Below are positions 1-15,334 of a stretch of 64,000 nucleotides of DNA, one piece after another. A program made the translations under genes and the position numbers. Location of the stretch: assembly GCA_964016885.1 (NCBI GenBank), contig OZ024740.1:92256001-92320000 (forward strand), given 5' to 3'. The DNA is from Eledone cirrhosa (Eukaryota). The notes under the pieces were generated by a model. The model had not been told where the DNA came from. It worked only from the letters and a program-made list of their open reading frames with translations, and searched no databases. Every line of letters begins with the position of its first letter. Positions within the stretch are counted from its first letter, which is position 1.

Positions 1-374
1 AACAAATGAGATCGTGTAGGTGTCACGACAAAAAACACACAGTCCACGCTGTAAATGTGGCCGTGTAGGCAACACGGTAAAAACCTCCCAGCCCCACACT
101 GTAAATGTGGTTGGTGTTAGGAAGGGCATCCAGCTGTAGAAAACCCGCCAGACAGTCCACGCTGTAATGTGGACGTGTAGGCAACACGGTAAAAACCTCC
201 CAGCCCCACACTGTAAATGTGGTTGGTGTTAGGAAGGGCATCCAACTGTAGAAAACCCGCCAGACAGTCCTATGCGAGCGAGACAACCACTCTTGCCTCA
301 AGTGGGAAAACCCCCGTCCAAACCCATGCAAGCGTGGAACACGGACGCTAAACCTGATGATGATGATGATGATG
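1..374 (+). mobile_element. 3' part of a SINE/RTE-tail-like repeat with (GAT)n tail and internal ~113-bp tandem duplication
   Basis: GTGGTTGGTGTTAGGAAGGGCATCCA occurs twice; CAGTCC recurs at ~40, ~153 and ~265. Ends CCCATGCAAGCGTGGAACACGGACGCTAAAC + (GAT)n, resembling cephalopod SINE 3' ends as I recall them. Confidence 0.55.
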
Positions 375-785
375 ACCTCTACATACTCACACACACAAAT
401 AAATATAAGAAAAAATATCTAATAATAAAAAATAAAAATGAATATAAAGACTATTATAATGTTGACAGCGATACAGGCAACAGATAAATGAACAAACACA
501 CGTGGTAAGCAATACACACAAATGCACGTACACATACATACGAAAAATAAATACATACACACACTCTCATAGATAAATATACATATACAAATACATAAAA
601 ACATACATACGCATACACAATTACATACACACACATATACATATATACACACACATACATATATATATATACATATATATACACACATACATACAAATAC
701 AAACACACACATATGTATGTGTGTAAAACTCATTCTTAGATAATTCATATGAACCTTATTTCACACTAATATATATATATATATA

Positions 786-861
<76 letters not shown>

Positions 862-1439
862 CATACACATACATACACATACATATATACTCACATACAC
901 ATATATACCTACATACACATATATACATACACATACGTATGCATACGTACATACACACACACACACACACATACACATATATAACTAAATATATATATAT
1001 ATATGAGAAAGAAGATAAATATATATATATATATAAACAATAAGAATTGTAATATAAAAAAATATAAAAAAAGATATATTTAGAAAAGGGTATAAGTGCT
1101 TATAGCAGATTTAGGGCACTCAATAAATTCCTGGAGCAAAAGATCAATGAAAATAATCATTAACTCACTATATGTAATGATGCATATACATACACCCATA
1201 TACACATATACATATACACATATATATACACATACATATACATACACACACACACATACACACACACAAACACACAAACACACAATAACACAACCACAGA
1301 AATGCACAGGCACATACAATTACGTATATATATATATATATACACACACACATAGAGGAAGAAGTCTGACCCCACGTCAGAGCTCAAGCCGTATCTGAGG
1401 CTATTATATATATATACACACATACATACATACACATAT

Positions 1440-1470
<31 letters not shown>

Positions 1471-1612
1471 CATATATATACACATATATACACACATACA
1501 TACATACATATAAATATATACACACACGCGCACAAATACAACATAAATATACGATATATACGATTATATATACATATACATATACATATACACACACATA
1601 TACATTCATATA

Positions 1613-1620
<8 letters not shown>
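375..1620 (-). mobile_element. Microsatellite-rich 3'UTR/pseudo-LTR fragment of the PLE family at 13000-18525
   Basis: Reverse complement of ~13130-14740; for example GTTGACAGCGATACAGGCAAC (461) matches GTTGCCTGTATCGCTGTCAAC (14638), and the unique islands at ~1085-1180 and ~1360-1405 match ~13665-13775 and ~13475-13520. Confidence 0.75.
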
Positions 1621-1674
<54 letters not shown>

Positions 1675-1675
<1 letters not shown>

Positions 1676-2310
1676 GTTATTCCGGGTTGAATCGGAGGTA
1701 ACCACAGTAAGTAAGGTACTCAATACATAGCAGAGTATAACAGTTTTAATATAGATGAGATTCTACAGGACTAGAAATGTTTCATTCATTTGAAATCATC
1801 AGGAATCTGGGTATCAAAAAATAAATATGGTATTTATAGGTCTCTACAAGTGGTAGGAGAGGGTGGGGAGTGGGATGGGTGCAGGTCATTGGTTGATAGA
1901 AAAGGGAATTCATTAAAAGCTAATTCTACAAAGCTATAGTTTATTTTTATTTTTATTTTTATTTATTTATGTTTTTAGAGTAACAAGGGCAGACAGAATT
2001 CTATAAACAGGTTCCGGATGGCCTACCATTCCTTGTCAATAAGTTTCTCTTAAGCTAACAGATGTCTATACAATCAGTGGGGGGTCAGTCATAGTCGATA
2101 GAATTAAAGAAAAGGGAGATTCTTTAAAAGCTAAAGTCATTAAGGTTCTACTAAGTGACAAAGTTCTAGAGAATTCTGCAGACAGATTCAAAATACTGAG
2201 TGCATATCTTACTATTATCTTCGAACTTCTCTTAAACTAATCAACTATATGCCAAAAATCAACAGACACATTCACAAAAAAACAAAAAAACACATACTCA
2301 CTCACACACT
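1675..2310 (-). mobile_element. Solo PLE pseudo-LTR (CCAAT-TATA-hammerhead-ATTAAA)
   Basis: On the minus strand: CCAAT (~1890), TATAAATA (1838-1831), hammerhead 1808-1758, ATTAAA (~1748). Ends in (TA)n. Confidence 0.55.
1758..1808 (-). ncRNA. Type I hammerhead ribozyme
   Basis: Minus strand reads AGAUUC-CUGAUGA-uuucaaaugaau-GAAA-ca(uuucuagucc)ug-UA-GAAUCU: 6-bp stem I, intact core, GUA triplet, weak stem II. Confidence 0.65.
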
Positions 2311-2439
2311 TACGCGCAACCATAAACACACACACAAACACATACACACATAAAAACACACACACTTATATATAAAAAATATATAAATATATATTCATGT
2401 ACACACACGTACATACATACATACATACATACATATATA

Positions 2440-2484
<45 letters not shown>

Positions 2485-2492
2485 ATATACAC

Positions 2493-2535
<43 letters not shown>

Positions 2536-2848
2536 CAGATACACACACACACATACACATACATACACACACACACACATATATATATACACAAATAAAT
2601 ACACTCACACGCATACATACAAACACGAATATACATGTATATACACACAAATACACATAGACATATATACATACACAAATATATATATATATATATACAT
2701 ACATATATATATATAGACACATATATATATATATATATACATATACATACATATATATATATATATACACACATACACACACACATACATACACATACAC
2801 ATATACACACACATACGTATACATATATATATACACACATATATACAC

Positions 2849-2885
<37 letters not shown>

Positions 2886-2915
2886 TACACATATATACAT
2901 ACACACACACACATG

Positions 2916-2983
<68 letters not shown>

Positions 2984-3126
2984 CCAATACACACACATAT
3001 ATATATATACATACATATACACACACATACACACAAACACACACACACATATATATATACACAAATACATATATATATATATACATTCATATATATAACC
3101 ACATACATATATACATACATACACAT

Positions 3127-3167
<41 letters not shown>

Positions 3168-3232
3168 TATATATATACACACACATAAACAAATATATAC
3201 ACATACAAACACACACACACTCATACATACAT

Positions 3233-3323
<91 letters not shown>

Positions 3324-3450
3324 TACACACACATACACATACATACACACATATAAGGAAAGAGCACCATACATACATATATATATATATATATACATAT
3401 ATATATACACACACACACATATATATATACACACATACACACACACATAT

Positions 3451-3508
<58 letters not shown>

Positions 3509-3742
3509 ACATATATATACACACATATATACACACATATATACACACACCCACACATATACATATATAGATATACACACACACACATACACACACATAC
3601 ACATATACATATGTATATACATATATATATATATATACATACACACAAATATATACATATACATAAAAAAAATATATATATATATATATATATCATAAAA
3701 CATATATATATATCATAAAATATATATATATATATATATATA
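2311..3742. repeat. Compound (TA)n/(CA)n/(TACA)n microsatellite
   Basis: Directly visible low-complexity tract; source of spurious YI/HT/VC ORFs. Confidence 0.95.
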
Positions 3743-4529
3743 TATCATAAAACATGTCCATAGAATCACAAGATAAAATATATATCATTTCCTCTTCCAA
3801 TTAGCATAATTAACTATATGAAAAATCGAATAGACCAGGCTATAAGAATGAGGCTTCTATGAAGAAATCTCCAACAAATAACCGAAACTAGCCCTTCGCG
3901 TCGGCCGCAACGGAATATTTATCGAATATTTCGACAGCGTAATCGCCCATATACAGTCAACTAAACAGAATTAGGTTTAAACTAAACTAGGAGAAAATAG
4001 AATACATTTAACCACCTCTACCATGGTTTCATTCGCATTTTGAGATTTCCAATAATTCTGTAATAATAATATAACTCGAGCATCGGATTCATTAGAAGAT
4101 TTGCTCTGATATAGACACTAATTGTTCCAAAGTGATCGCACCAAGAATTGATACACAATGGCTAAGTATCGTGACATAGACGCGGTCAGGTTGGAAGGGT
4201 GTGGTAGTTGCTTACGACTGGTGGCTTTTTTGCTAGAAATCACAGCACTATACAGCCAAATTTGTATCTCAACCTAATGGGAGATTATTACAGATAAAAA
4301 GGTACATATATATATACATATATATACATATACGTGTTTTGCAACGGCTCACTTTGTGGCTCAATGAAAATTTAATAAATTAAATAATCAGAGCTATATA
4401 TCATAAAACATGTCCATAGAATCACTAGATAAAATATATACTATTTCCTCTTCGAATTAGCATAATTAACTATATAAAAAATCGAATAGACCAGGCTATA
4501 AGAATGAGGCTTCTATGAACAAATCTCCA
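3743..4529 (-). mobile_element. Non-coding terminally redundant repeat, ~656-bp period, with a hammerhead (retrozyme-like or non-autonomous PLE)
   Basis: ~130-bp direct repeat (CATGTCCATAGAATCAC at 3753 and 4409), (TA)n on both sides, no ORF, hammerhead at 4099-4015. Confidence 0.6.
4015..4099 (-). ncRNA. Type I hammerhead with core mutation (CUAAUGA)
   Basis: Minus strand reads UCUU-CUAAUGA-auccg...cgaau-GAAA-ccaugg-UA-GAGG. Stem III is the palindrome ACCAUGGU; G5A is probably inactivating. Confidence 0.5.
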
Positions 4530-5392
4530 TATATATATATGTATATATTTATATCTTGAACTCTCCATTTAATAGACAACGACTCTTGTTTGTTTATTTA
4601 TATCTTTACATAATTATTTGCTGTATTAATGCTCCTCCACGTATTCTACCTCTATACATCCATGTACTTTCTACTTCCCTTATTCGGACTTTTACTCGCG
4701 TGTACTCTCAGCACACGTCACTGGAATATTTCCCCCTGGGAACATAAATACCGCAACCTGAACTATATTGTATTTCTCCTGTCTCTTGAACTCTACATTT
4801 ACTAGACAACGACTATTGTTTGTTTATCTATATCTTCACATCTTTGTTTGCTGTATTAATGTCCTGATTTCTCCATCTTACTCCAACACCACTCTTGTTG
4901 GTTTATTTACATGTTTATACCTATATATTGATATGTTTATATATTTATACCTCTGCTGTACCAATGTGCTCTTCCACGTATTCCACTTCTATGTATCCAT
5001 GTATTTCTACCCCTCACATTGGGACCTGTACCCATTAGCACTTCCACGTATTCCACTTCTATGTATCCATGTATTTCTACTCCTCACATTGGGACCTGTA
5101 CCCATTAGCACACGACACTAGAATGTCTCCTCCTGAGAACAAAATTAAACATTACACGACTATATCCCGTACTCTACATCCCACTAGGATAAATTACAGA
5201 TCTACATAATACAATTAACGTTTCTTCATAAAAGACTATTTATTTAAACCCCGCAACCCAAAACCTCATAGAAGTTATTTGAATGTCTAATCTTCAATTT
5301 TCTGTTTGTTCAACTCTCAATCCTCTTACTCCTTAGTTTCATAACGTTATTCTGAATTCTTTCAACTTCATCCGATAGAGTTAAGCAAAATT

Positions 5393-6390
5393 CTAAAGTT
5401 CCAACTTTCTGTCGGACCGTTGGGTGGGTTTTAGCGGCGGCGCGACCAGCTGCCTGGCGAACGGGCTCACCTGGAGTGCTTGGAAAAATAAATTCCCCTT
5501 CTTTCGGTAAATGAAAATACTCGGCGTGGCTTAATTAGCCATGGGGCCTGGGGCGCGGCCGGTGTTTTAACCGCCAAATAGTACCTTTAAATTACAGAAC
5601 AAATCGGAACTATTATATATATCAACCTGAAACTGTTGAGCTTTAAATTTTCTAACCTCTTTAATATGGAATATTGATTATTAATTTATTAATTTTTTAA
5701 CTTCATCCTATAAGTCTAAACATTGTAACACACTGACCCCCAATATATTCACCTCTGCTAAGATGCGAGTCCCTGTGAAAATTTTGTCGCGCCACTTCTG
5801 GCCCGACCGTGGTGTGACATTAATATCGACCTTCCTTCCTCTCTCTTTCTATCTTCCTTCTTGTAGCTATCAACCATTACTCTTTTACTTCTCTAAGCTA
5901 AATTTTAAAGTTCCAACTTTCTGTCGGACTGTGGGGTGGGTTTTAATGGCGGCGCGACCAGCTCCCTGGCGAACCAGCTCACCTGGAGTGCTTGGAAAAA
6001 TAAATTTCACCTTCTTTCAGTAAATGAAAATACTCGGCGTGGCTTAATTCGCCATGGGGCCCGGCCGTTGTTTTAACCGCCAAATAGTACCTTTAAATTA
6101 CAGAACAAATCGGAACTATTATATAATTAATTGTTAAACTGTTGAACTTTAAATTTTCTAACCTCTTTAATATTGAATATTGATTATTAATTTTTTTAAC
6201 TTCATCCTAGAAGTCTAAACACTGTAAAACACTGACTCCCAATATATTCATCTCCGCTAAGATGCGGGTCCCTGTGAAAATTTTCTCGCGCCACTCCTGG
6301 CTTTACTGTGGTCTGACATTAATATCGACCTTTCTTCCTCTTCCTTTCTATCTTCCTTCTTGTAGCCATCAACCCTTACTTTTCTACTTC
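5393..6390 (+). repeat. Tandem duplication, ~512-bp period
   Basis: CCAACTTTCTGTCGGAC at 5401 and 5913, followed by ~480 bp of colinear similarity. Confidence 0.9.
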
Positions 6391-6765
6391 TCTCTTCCCT
6401 TCCTTCTCTCCTCTCCTACTCCCGCAGACTTATCTTCCTTCCCCCTCTTGCTTGCCTATATCTGACCAGTAGTAGTTACCTTCCTCTTTTAGCTGACATT
6501 AACCCTGACTTTTCTTCTTCTTTCTTCCCCCTTCTTCTCCTTCCTTTCTTTCTTTCTTTTACCTTGTGTCATGGGATCGACGTTAACCTATGCTCCCATC
6601 TCTTTCTGTTTTCGTTCATCTGACCGGTAGTAGCATACTATAAAATTTAGCCACGTCACTCCAGGGCGACCGGCTGAGGTTGAAGGAACAGAATAGCGGT
6701 CGCCCTCGGGTCTCGATTTTCAGCCCCATGGATTTTACCTATTACATTCACGTATTATATTTCGA

Positions 6766-6823
6766 ATACCTGATTATATCACCGGATTCATACGGAACCC
6801 GGTCATTGAAATGATCATAGTAT
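6766..6823 (+). ncRNA. Type I hammerhead with core mutation (CUGAUUA)
   Basis: AUAC-CUGAUUA-uaucACCGG...CCGGUcauu-GAAA-ugauca-UA-GUAU, then AAUAAA. Stem III is the palindrome AUGAUCAU. Confidence 0.55.
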
Positions 6824-6871
6824 AATAAACCTTTCAAGGATTTACACAAATCCAGCCTCCTGTCATTTCAT

Positions 6872-6911
<40 letters not shown>

Positions 6912-6916
<5 letters not shown>

Positions 6917-8310
6917 GAGAGTAAAACAAAGAAGCCTTCAATACATCAAAAGTCTTTATTAGCCGACAATGTTTCGTCCTATTAAGGACTCATCAGGGCA
7001 ATTAAAACAACAAGAAGTAATATCGGCAGATACAAGCCGGAATCTCCGAAGAATATGGAGTGTACATAAACTGAAGTATTACAAAGGTATATAATAAAAA
7101 TATATGATAATAATTACTAAGGATGTATATAACATTAAGAACCATATTACAAATATAGTCCAAAGCAAAAACTAGAGCTAAACAAAGGTGGTTATATAGA
7201 GCAGGAATATTATATAATACAATATAACATACAATAATATACCTTTACCAACATTAGAATCAAAAATTACAATAAAAATCAAAAGATACAATATGTATAT
7301 GTATATATGTGCGCACACGTACACACACATACACATACAACAATACGCACATCCATCTTCCACTGCACAAATTAAACCTTAATAAGAATTTGAATATAAA
7401 AATAAGCATGCTAGGAGTGAAAATAATAATAATAATAATACTAATACATCTACCCAATATACATGAGGTAATAATATGATATAATTATAAGTAACACATA
7501 TAATAATAAATAATACAATTATATACTATATCATACAATATAATAGAATAGATAATCTCCGGTTAATTTATACAAACAATATAGATGTCACAATAATAAT
7601 ATAATATAAGCATGGTAGGATTGAAAATAATAATAATAATAATACTAATACATCTACCCAATATACATGAGGTAATAATATGATATAATTATAAGTAACA
7701 CATATAATAATAAATAATACAATTATATACTATATAATACAATATAATAGAATAGATAATCTCCGGTTAATTTACACAAACAATATAGATGTCACAATAA
7801 TAATATAATAATAATAACATTTACAATATACAAAATACTAACATTTATCAATGTACACAAGTTAACAAATCGGTTCATATTGGGTTACAGAGTAGGTGAG
7901 GAAAAATAAATTGTACAATACCTCAAAAAACTTACAGAAGTAGAAACATCTTACATGATATATAAAGTTTAACATATCATAATGTTACATATAATTAACG
8001 ATATGTAATAAGGATCAATATTACAATAAAAAATACAATATAATATATTATATAAAATAAATTAATACAATATAATATATAATTACTTATTATTACAAGG
8101 TTGGTAGACAGATATGTATATGGATGAGTGAGTGAGTGCCAGGCAGTGAAAATAATGCACAATAGCATTATAATATAGAATAAAATAAATAAATAGATAG
8201 AATCAACCGGAAATTTAAAAAACAAAAACAAACGTATACATATAGGTCTCCCATGCAGTTAATTAGTTAAGTAAAAGCTAAGGAAAACAACCCCTATGAA
8301 TGACTCGAAA
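6912..8310 (-). repeat. Left arm of inverted pseudo-LTR pair, containing an extra ~204-bp tandem duplication
   Basis: Near-identical reverse complement of 10976-12170. ATAAGCATG recurs at 7402 and 7606, which accounts for the arm length difference (1399 vs 1195 bp). Confidence 0.9.
6962..6999 (-). ncRNA. Minimal type I hammerhead ribozyme
   Basis: Exact reverse complement of 12083-12120. Confidence 0.85.
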
Positions 8311-8970
8311 CCCTATTTGATGAATTAATATTAAAAATATTTAAACTATCACATAAGGCAGTATAATATTAGCTATAGTTTAAGTCATTAAAGTTTATAA
8401 ACGTTAATATTTCGTTCCAAATGTTTACAAGAAGGAATGAAAATATATTATTATCATATACATAACGATATCCAAAGAACTGACTTAAGCAGAATTAAGG
8501 TAGGCTAATAGGGACAGAAAAGAAGAAATGTATGGAGGATGCAAAGGGGCATAAAATATAGTCGATATACTGTATTACATAATAGAAAGGAGTGTCAAAG
8601 AGGGGGGGTTAAATATAATATAATCATAGTCAATTTGGATGGGTTGACAATAGGTTTATGTGCGCATGGGGTGGTGGAGAAAGGGGGGGGTTCCAAATAA
8701 GAATCCAAATAAAGATAAAAATAAAAATAAAAATAAGAATAAGAATAAGAGTAAAATAAAATAAATAGCGTAAAATATATAATCTTATATACATTCATAA
8801 GGTGTAACAGTGAAAATTTAATGCGTAAGAAGATAGATGTTGTACAGTAGCCAAAAGATTATGAGATCTAGAATGAAGAGTCATCAAAAACCAATTGTAA
8901 CAATGATGATAATAATAATGCTGGCAAACAAAAGGACCTAAACTAAAAACTAAGTAATGGAATATATCAC

Positions 8971-10860
8971 CTAATGGGTACAATTTGTACTACTAGAAGG
9001 TTTAGGTTTATAATAAAAGTATGAATTAGAAATAGCATGGGGGCAATAAGAGAATATCTCAGACTTTCTATTAAGTAAAGATGCGCTAGAGAAGATTATA
9101 GAGTGTGTCTCGAGGATACAGAGATTACAAAACTTAGTATGTGTAGAAAGGTGGTTAGAGCGTGCTACTAAACGCCAGTTAAGGCTATATGGTATATTAG
9201 CTATCTTAAGATCCCAGATATAATGTGCTAAGGAAGTAGAGTTCTTAAACTTAACATGCTTGAAATTAGAGATATGAGAGTTAAACCTAGTCTTAAAAGT
9301 GTTAGATGTAGAGTCTATATAAGTTCTATTAGAGGAATTAGTTATAACTTCACAAGCATAGACAATGTTCTTAGAAAGGCAGCTACCGTTTAAAGGGCAA
9401 TTAGCACTCACTCTACAATTGCACTTCCGGGTGTTATTGGTTGACTCAACTGGTGATGCACTACACGTAAGATCGCTATTAGATAAGGACTGTTCTGGTG
9501 GTAATGCATTGCCAGATCTGTTCAGACTAGTAGTATGTAGATAGGAGAATCCATCCCTAATTTTCCTATTGTTAGTGCTAGCTAAATGAGAACTAATATT
9601 AGGGGTGGTAGAGAATGAAAGTTTAATAACATTTTTATTAAAAATACTATGGTATTTATGAGAAGGGGGAAATGTTTCTCTAAAATAGAGAAGAAAGACC
9701 TAGGGATATTAGTTGTTACTTCCTGATTATATGGCGGGTTAAAATAAGTGTTTAATCGCCTTCTATTTTTATTTTTATTCTTACCTACTCTACCATTATC
9801 GAGTATCCCACCATCGATACTAGGGTTACTACAAGGATTGGTTAAAGCCGCATTCATAGAATCGGCCAAAATTTCATTAAGTCTATTACAGTTTCTACCT
9901 ACAGTAGATCTGCTGCTGTCCGGAATCCCATCATAAGGATCAGGGCCAATGATAGGATCAGTAGGAGCAACATTATCAGAATAAGATCCAGCTAAATTAT
10001 CACCAATGTGTGAGCGCTCAGGGGGTTCAACTTGTTTCCTAGAGGTATTATATTCGCTATTACGGGTTCGGTGGGTTCAGAAACACCTATATAATTTCTA
10101 CGGTTACTACGTTTGCTACTCACATTCATGGCTATGTTATGTGATATTATACTATTATTATTAAAGGTAGACGGAGACTTTCTAAGGTTACTATTATTAT
10201 AATGTATTTTACTAGAGTAACCTGAATTTGCTAGGGCGTTATTATAGTACTCCGCATGTTCATTAAAAGTTCCTATGTCGTTAGAGAGTGTAGAAATCCT
10301 ATTAGATACACCCTTAATTATAGAGCTTATCATAGACTTGGGGTGGTTAGAATTGGGACTAACATAAGAAAGTCTTTCATTAGGCTTATGGAAGGGTTTA
10401 AAATTATTAGTGGCCAAGTCCAAAGTCACATCTAAAAAGTTAACCGCTCTATCATTTCTATCTATCGTGATCGAAAGGTTATAGCTTTTAAAAAACTTAT
10501 AAAGCTTCTTCTTATTATGTTCTACATTGTTGGTGCTAGAGTTAATTACAAACAATGCATCATCACAATATAGTCCGCCTATAAGGTGCGGGAAGGTAGC
10601 ATATAGTTCATTAAGGAGGAACAACCCAACAAGATCAGTAACCTGGGCCGAATCACTCGAACCCATTGTAACGTCGAAATTGTTGGGCGTGTTTTTACGG
10701 GTCCAAAATGTGTCCTCAAATTTAATAATAGTTTTACGGGCTGCTAGTATAATGTCTACCTGTGATCGTGTAAGGCTGGACACTCTCATGGCCAACATTA
10801 CAGCTTTATTGAGGAGGACGGGTGAAATTGATGTGTAGTAGGCATCAATATCATAAACCC
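8971..10860 (-). pseudogene. PLE RT (C-terminal half) + GIY-YIG endonuclease, disrupted
   Basis: Motifs YDIDAYYTSI, FDVTMGSSDSAQVTDLVG, GLYCDDAL, VNFLDVTLDL, YFNPPYN, CNCRVSANCPLNGSC, IVYACEV..TYID, CNLCILE, LNRKSE. Split by stops and frameshifts. Confidence 0.9.
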
Positions 10861-10975
10861 GTAACAATATTTTTAAGTCTAGACTGGAACTTATCAAAAT
10901 TATTATAATTTCTATGTCTATTATTTGGCCTATACCTAATTGTTTTGACAAGAGAGAGTAAGTCACTTTCAAAAC

Positions 10976-12170
10976 TTTCGAGTCATTTACAGGGGTTGTT
11001 TTCCTTAGCTTTTACTTAACTACTTAACTGCATGGGAGACCTATATGTATACGTTTGTTTTTGTTTTTTAAATTTCCGGTTGATTCTATCTATTTATTTA
11101 TTTTATTCTATATTATAACACTACTGTGCATTATTTTCACTGCCTGGCACTCACTCACTCATCCATATACATATCTGTCTACCAACCTTGTAATAATAAG
11201 TAATTATATATTATATTGTATTAATTTATTTTATATAATATATTATATTGTATTTTTTATTGTAATATTGATCCTTATTACATATCGTTAATTATATGTA
11301 ACATTATGATATGTTAAACTTTATATATCATGTAAGATGTTTCTACTTCTGTAAGATTTTTGAGGTATTGTACAATTTATTTTTCCTCACCTACTCTGTA
11401 ACCCAACATGAACCGATTTGTTAACTTGTGTACATTGATAAATGTTAGTATATTGTATATTGTAAATGTTATTATTATTATATTATTATTGTGACATCTA
11501 TATTGTTTGTGTAAATTAACCGGAGATTATCTATTCTATTATATTGTATTATATAGTATATAATTATATTATTTATTATTATATGTGTTACTTATAATTA
11601 TATCATAGTGTTACCTCATGTATATTGGGTAGATGTATTAGTATTATTATTATTATTATTTTTATTCCTAGCATGCTTATTTTTATATTCAAATTCTTAT
11701 TAAGGTTTAATTTGTGCAGTGGAAGATGGATGTGCGTATTGTTGTATGTGTATGTGTGTGTACGTGTGCGCACATATATACATATACATATTGTATCTTT
11801 TGATTTTTATTGTAATTTTTTATTCTAATGTTGGTAAAGGTATATTATTGTATGTTATATTGTATTATATAATATTCCTGCTCTATATAACCACCTTTGT
11901 TTAGCTCTAGTTTTTGCTTTGGACTATATTTGTAATATGGTTCTTAATGTTATATACATCCTTAGTAATTATTATCATATATTTTTATTATATACTTTTG
12001 TAATACTTCAGTTTATGTACACTCCATATTCTTCGGAGATTCCGGCTTGTGTCTGCCGATATTACTTTTTGCTGATTTAATTGCCCTGATGAGTCCTTAA
12101 TAGGACGAAACATTGTCGGCTAATAAAGACTTTTGATGTATTGAAGGCTTCTTTGTATTACTCTCTTAAT
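10976..12170 (+). repeat. Right arm of inverted pseudo-LTR pair
   Basis: Reverse complement of 6912-8310; mirrored spurious ORFs at 7995-8231 and 11055-11291. Confidence 0.9.
12083..12120 (+). ncRNA. Minimal type I hammerhead ribozyme
   Basis: GCC-CUGAUGA-GUCCU(uaau)AGGAC-GAAA-c(auu)g-UC-GGC. Predicted cleavage after C12117; AATAAA follows immediately. Confidence 0.85.
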
Positions 12171-12267
12171 TTTTCGGCTCGGTTTAACTACATTGAGCTA
12201 TACCTTTTACTGTCATTTCTATAATACGAAGAGGGTGTTTAACTCCAACACACTCCAGTATTTTAAC

Positions 12268-12992
<725 letters not shown>

Positions 12993-12999
12993 GTATATG

Positions 13000-13090
<91 letters not shown>

Positions 13091-13277
13091 ATATATATGT
13101 GTATGTATATGTGTGTGTATATGTATATGTGTATGTATATATGTGTGTGTATATATGTTTAAATCTATACGTATGTATAGGTATATGTATATATAATCGT
13201 GTATATTATATATTTCTGTTGTATTTGTGCGCATGTGTGTATATATCTATATGTATGTATGTATGTGTGTATATATG

Positions 13278-13368
<91 letters not shown>

Positions 13369-13854
13369 ATATGAGTATGTATGTATGTGTGTATATATAG
13401 ATTTAATGTGTGTGTATATTTGTGCGTGTATATGTATTTGTTTATATAATGGTTTTGTGTGTATATATATAATAGCCTCAGAAACGGCTTGAGCTCTGCC
13501 GCGGGGTCAAACTTTTTCCTATGTGTGTATATATATATATATATATTTATATACGTAATTGTATGTGCGTGTGCATTTCTGTGGTTGTATTTTTGTGTGT
13601 GTGTTGGTGTGTGTATGTATATGTATGTATATATATATGTGTATATTTATATGTGTGTAATGTATGTATATGCATCATTACATATAGTGATTTACAGATT
13701 ATGTTCATTGATCTTTTGCTTCAGGAACTTGTTGAGTGCTCTAATTCTGCTATAAGCATTTATACCCTTTTCTAACTATATATTTTTTTATTTATTATTT
13801 GTCGTATTCCCAACTTTTTATTTTCTTTTTTTTTTTTCTTTATACTTTTTTTTT

Positions 13855-13916
13855 ATTTTAATTTTAATTTTAATTTTAATTTTAATTTTAATTTTAATTT
13901 TAATTTTAATTTTAAT
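13855..13916. repeat. (TTTTAA)n simple repeat
   Basis: Directly visible. Confidence 0.9.
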
Positions 13917-14177
13917 TATTTTTATTTTTTTTATTTTTTTTTATTTTATTTTTATATATACAATATTTTTTTATATTTTTTTATATTACAATACTTATTT
14001 ATATATATATATATTTATGTTCTTTCTCATATATATATATATATATTTAGTTATATATGTATATGTGTGTGTGTGTGTGTATGTACGTATGCATATGTAT
14101 GTGTATGTATATACGTGTATGTAGGTATATATGTATATGTGAGTATGTATGTATGTGTAGTAATGTGTATGTATATA

Positions 14178-14216
<39 letters not shown>

Positions 14217-14350
14217 TAGATTTAAATAAGGTTCATATGAACTATCTAAGAATGAGTTTTACACACATATATATGTATGTCTTTGTATTTGTATGTATGT
14301 GTTTGTGATATGTATTTATTTGTATGTTTATATTTGTATGGTTATGCATG

Positions 14351-14461
<111 letters not shown>

Positions 14462-14883
14462 ATATATGTATATGTGTGTGTGTATGTAATTGTCTATGCG
14501 TATGTATGTGTTTATGTATTTGTATATATTTGTATATGTATATTTATGTGTGAGTGTGTGTGTATCTATTTATTTTTACGTATGTATGTGTACGTGCATT
14601 TGTGTGTATTGCTTACCACCTTTTTGTTCATTTATTTGTTGCCTGTATCGCTGTCAACATTATAATAGTCTTTATATTCATTTTTAATTTCTATTATTAG
14701 ATATTTTTTCTCATATTTATTTGTGTGTGTGAGTATGTAGAGGTGTGTGTATATTTCTATTTGTGTGCATGCGTATGTATGCGTGTATATATGTGCGTAC
14801 GTATGTACATGTGTATATTTGTATGATTGTGTGTATGTATGTATGTATGTATGTGTATGTATATGAGTATGTATATGTATGTG

Positions 14884-14960
<77 letters not shown>

Positions 14961-15092
14961 ATGGTTGTATATATGTATGTGTATGTATGGATATGTTGAT
15001 ATTTATGTGTGTATGTATGTGTATGTGGATGTATATATATACACATATATGTGTGTATGTTTGTGTGTATGTGTGTGTGTATGTACGTGTGT

Positions 15093-15132
<40 letters not shown>

Positions 15133-15273
15133 ATGTATATAAGTGTGTGTGTGTGTGCGTTTGCATGTGTGTTTTTATTTTATTTTTCCTTTACTTCTTC
15201 CTCTTCCAGCCTCACTTTCATATAGATTGCATTTTTGTTTTTAAAATCCAACGTCAATAAAACACTAGGATTT

Positions 15274-15334
15274 TTTCATTCTGATGATTGAAAGCACATT
15301 TCCTTTGCTTTAAAGAAACCACTGGTAAATGAAA
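15274..15334 (+). ncRNA. Type I hammerhead ribozyme
   Basis: UUUCAUU-CUGAUGA-uugaaagc...gcuuuaaa-GAAA-cc(acu)gg-UA-AAUGAAA. 7-bp stem I, GUA triplet, predicted cleavage after 15327. Confidence 0.8.

Larger units (their letters stand above)
4553..6875 (+). mobile_element. Long solo PLE 3'UTR/pseudo-LTR with internal duplications
   Basis: Bounded by (TA)n. TATAAAA at 6639-6645, hammerhead at 6766-6823, AATAAA at 6824-6829. Internal repeats at ~4553/4783 and 5393/5905. Confidence 0.55.

Noticed and set aside
419-3718. Long YI/VC/HT-rich ORFs (also at 12-15 kb, 22-23 kb, 55-56 kb, 60-61 kb)
   Set aside because: Translations of (TA)n/(CA)n tracts that lack stop codons; not proteins.
6912-12170. 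DNA transposon with long terminal inverted repeats
   Set aside because: The interior encodes PLE RT/GIY-YIG and the arms carry hammerheads; no transposase.
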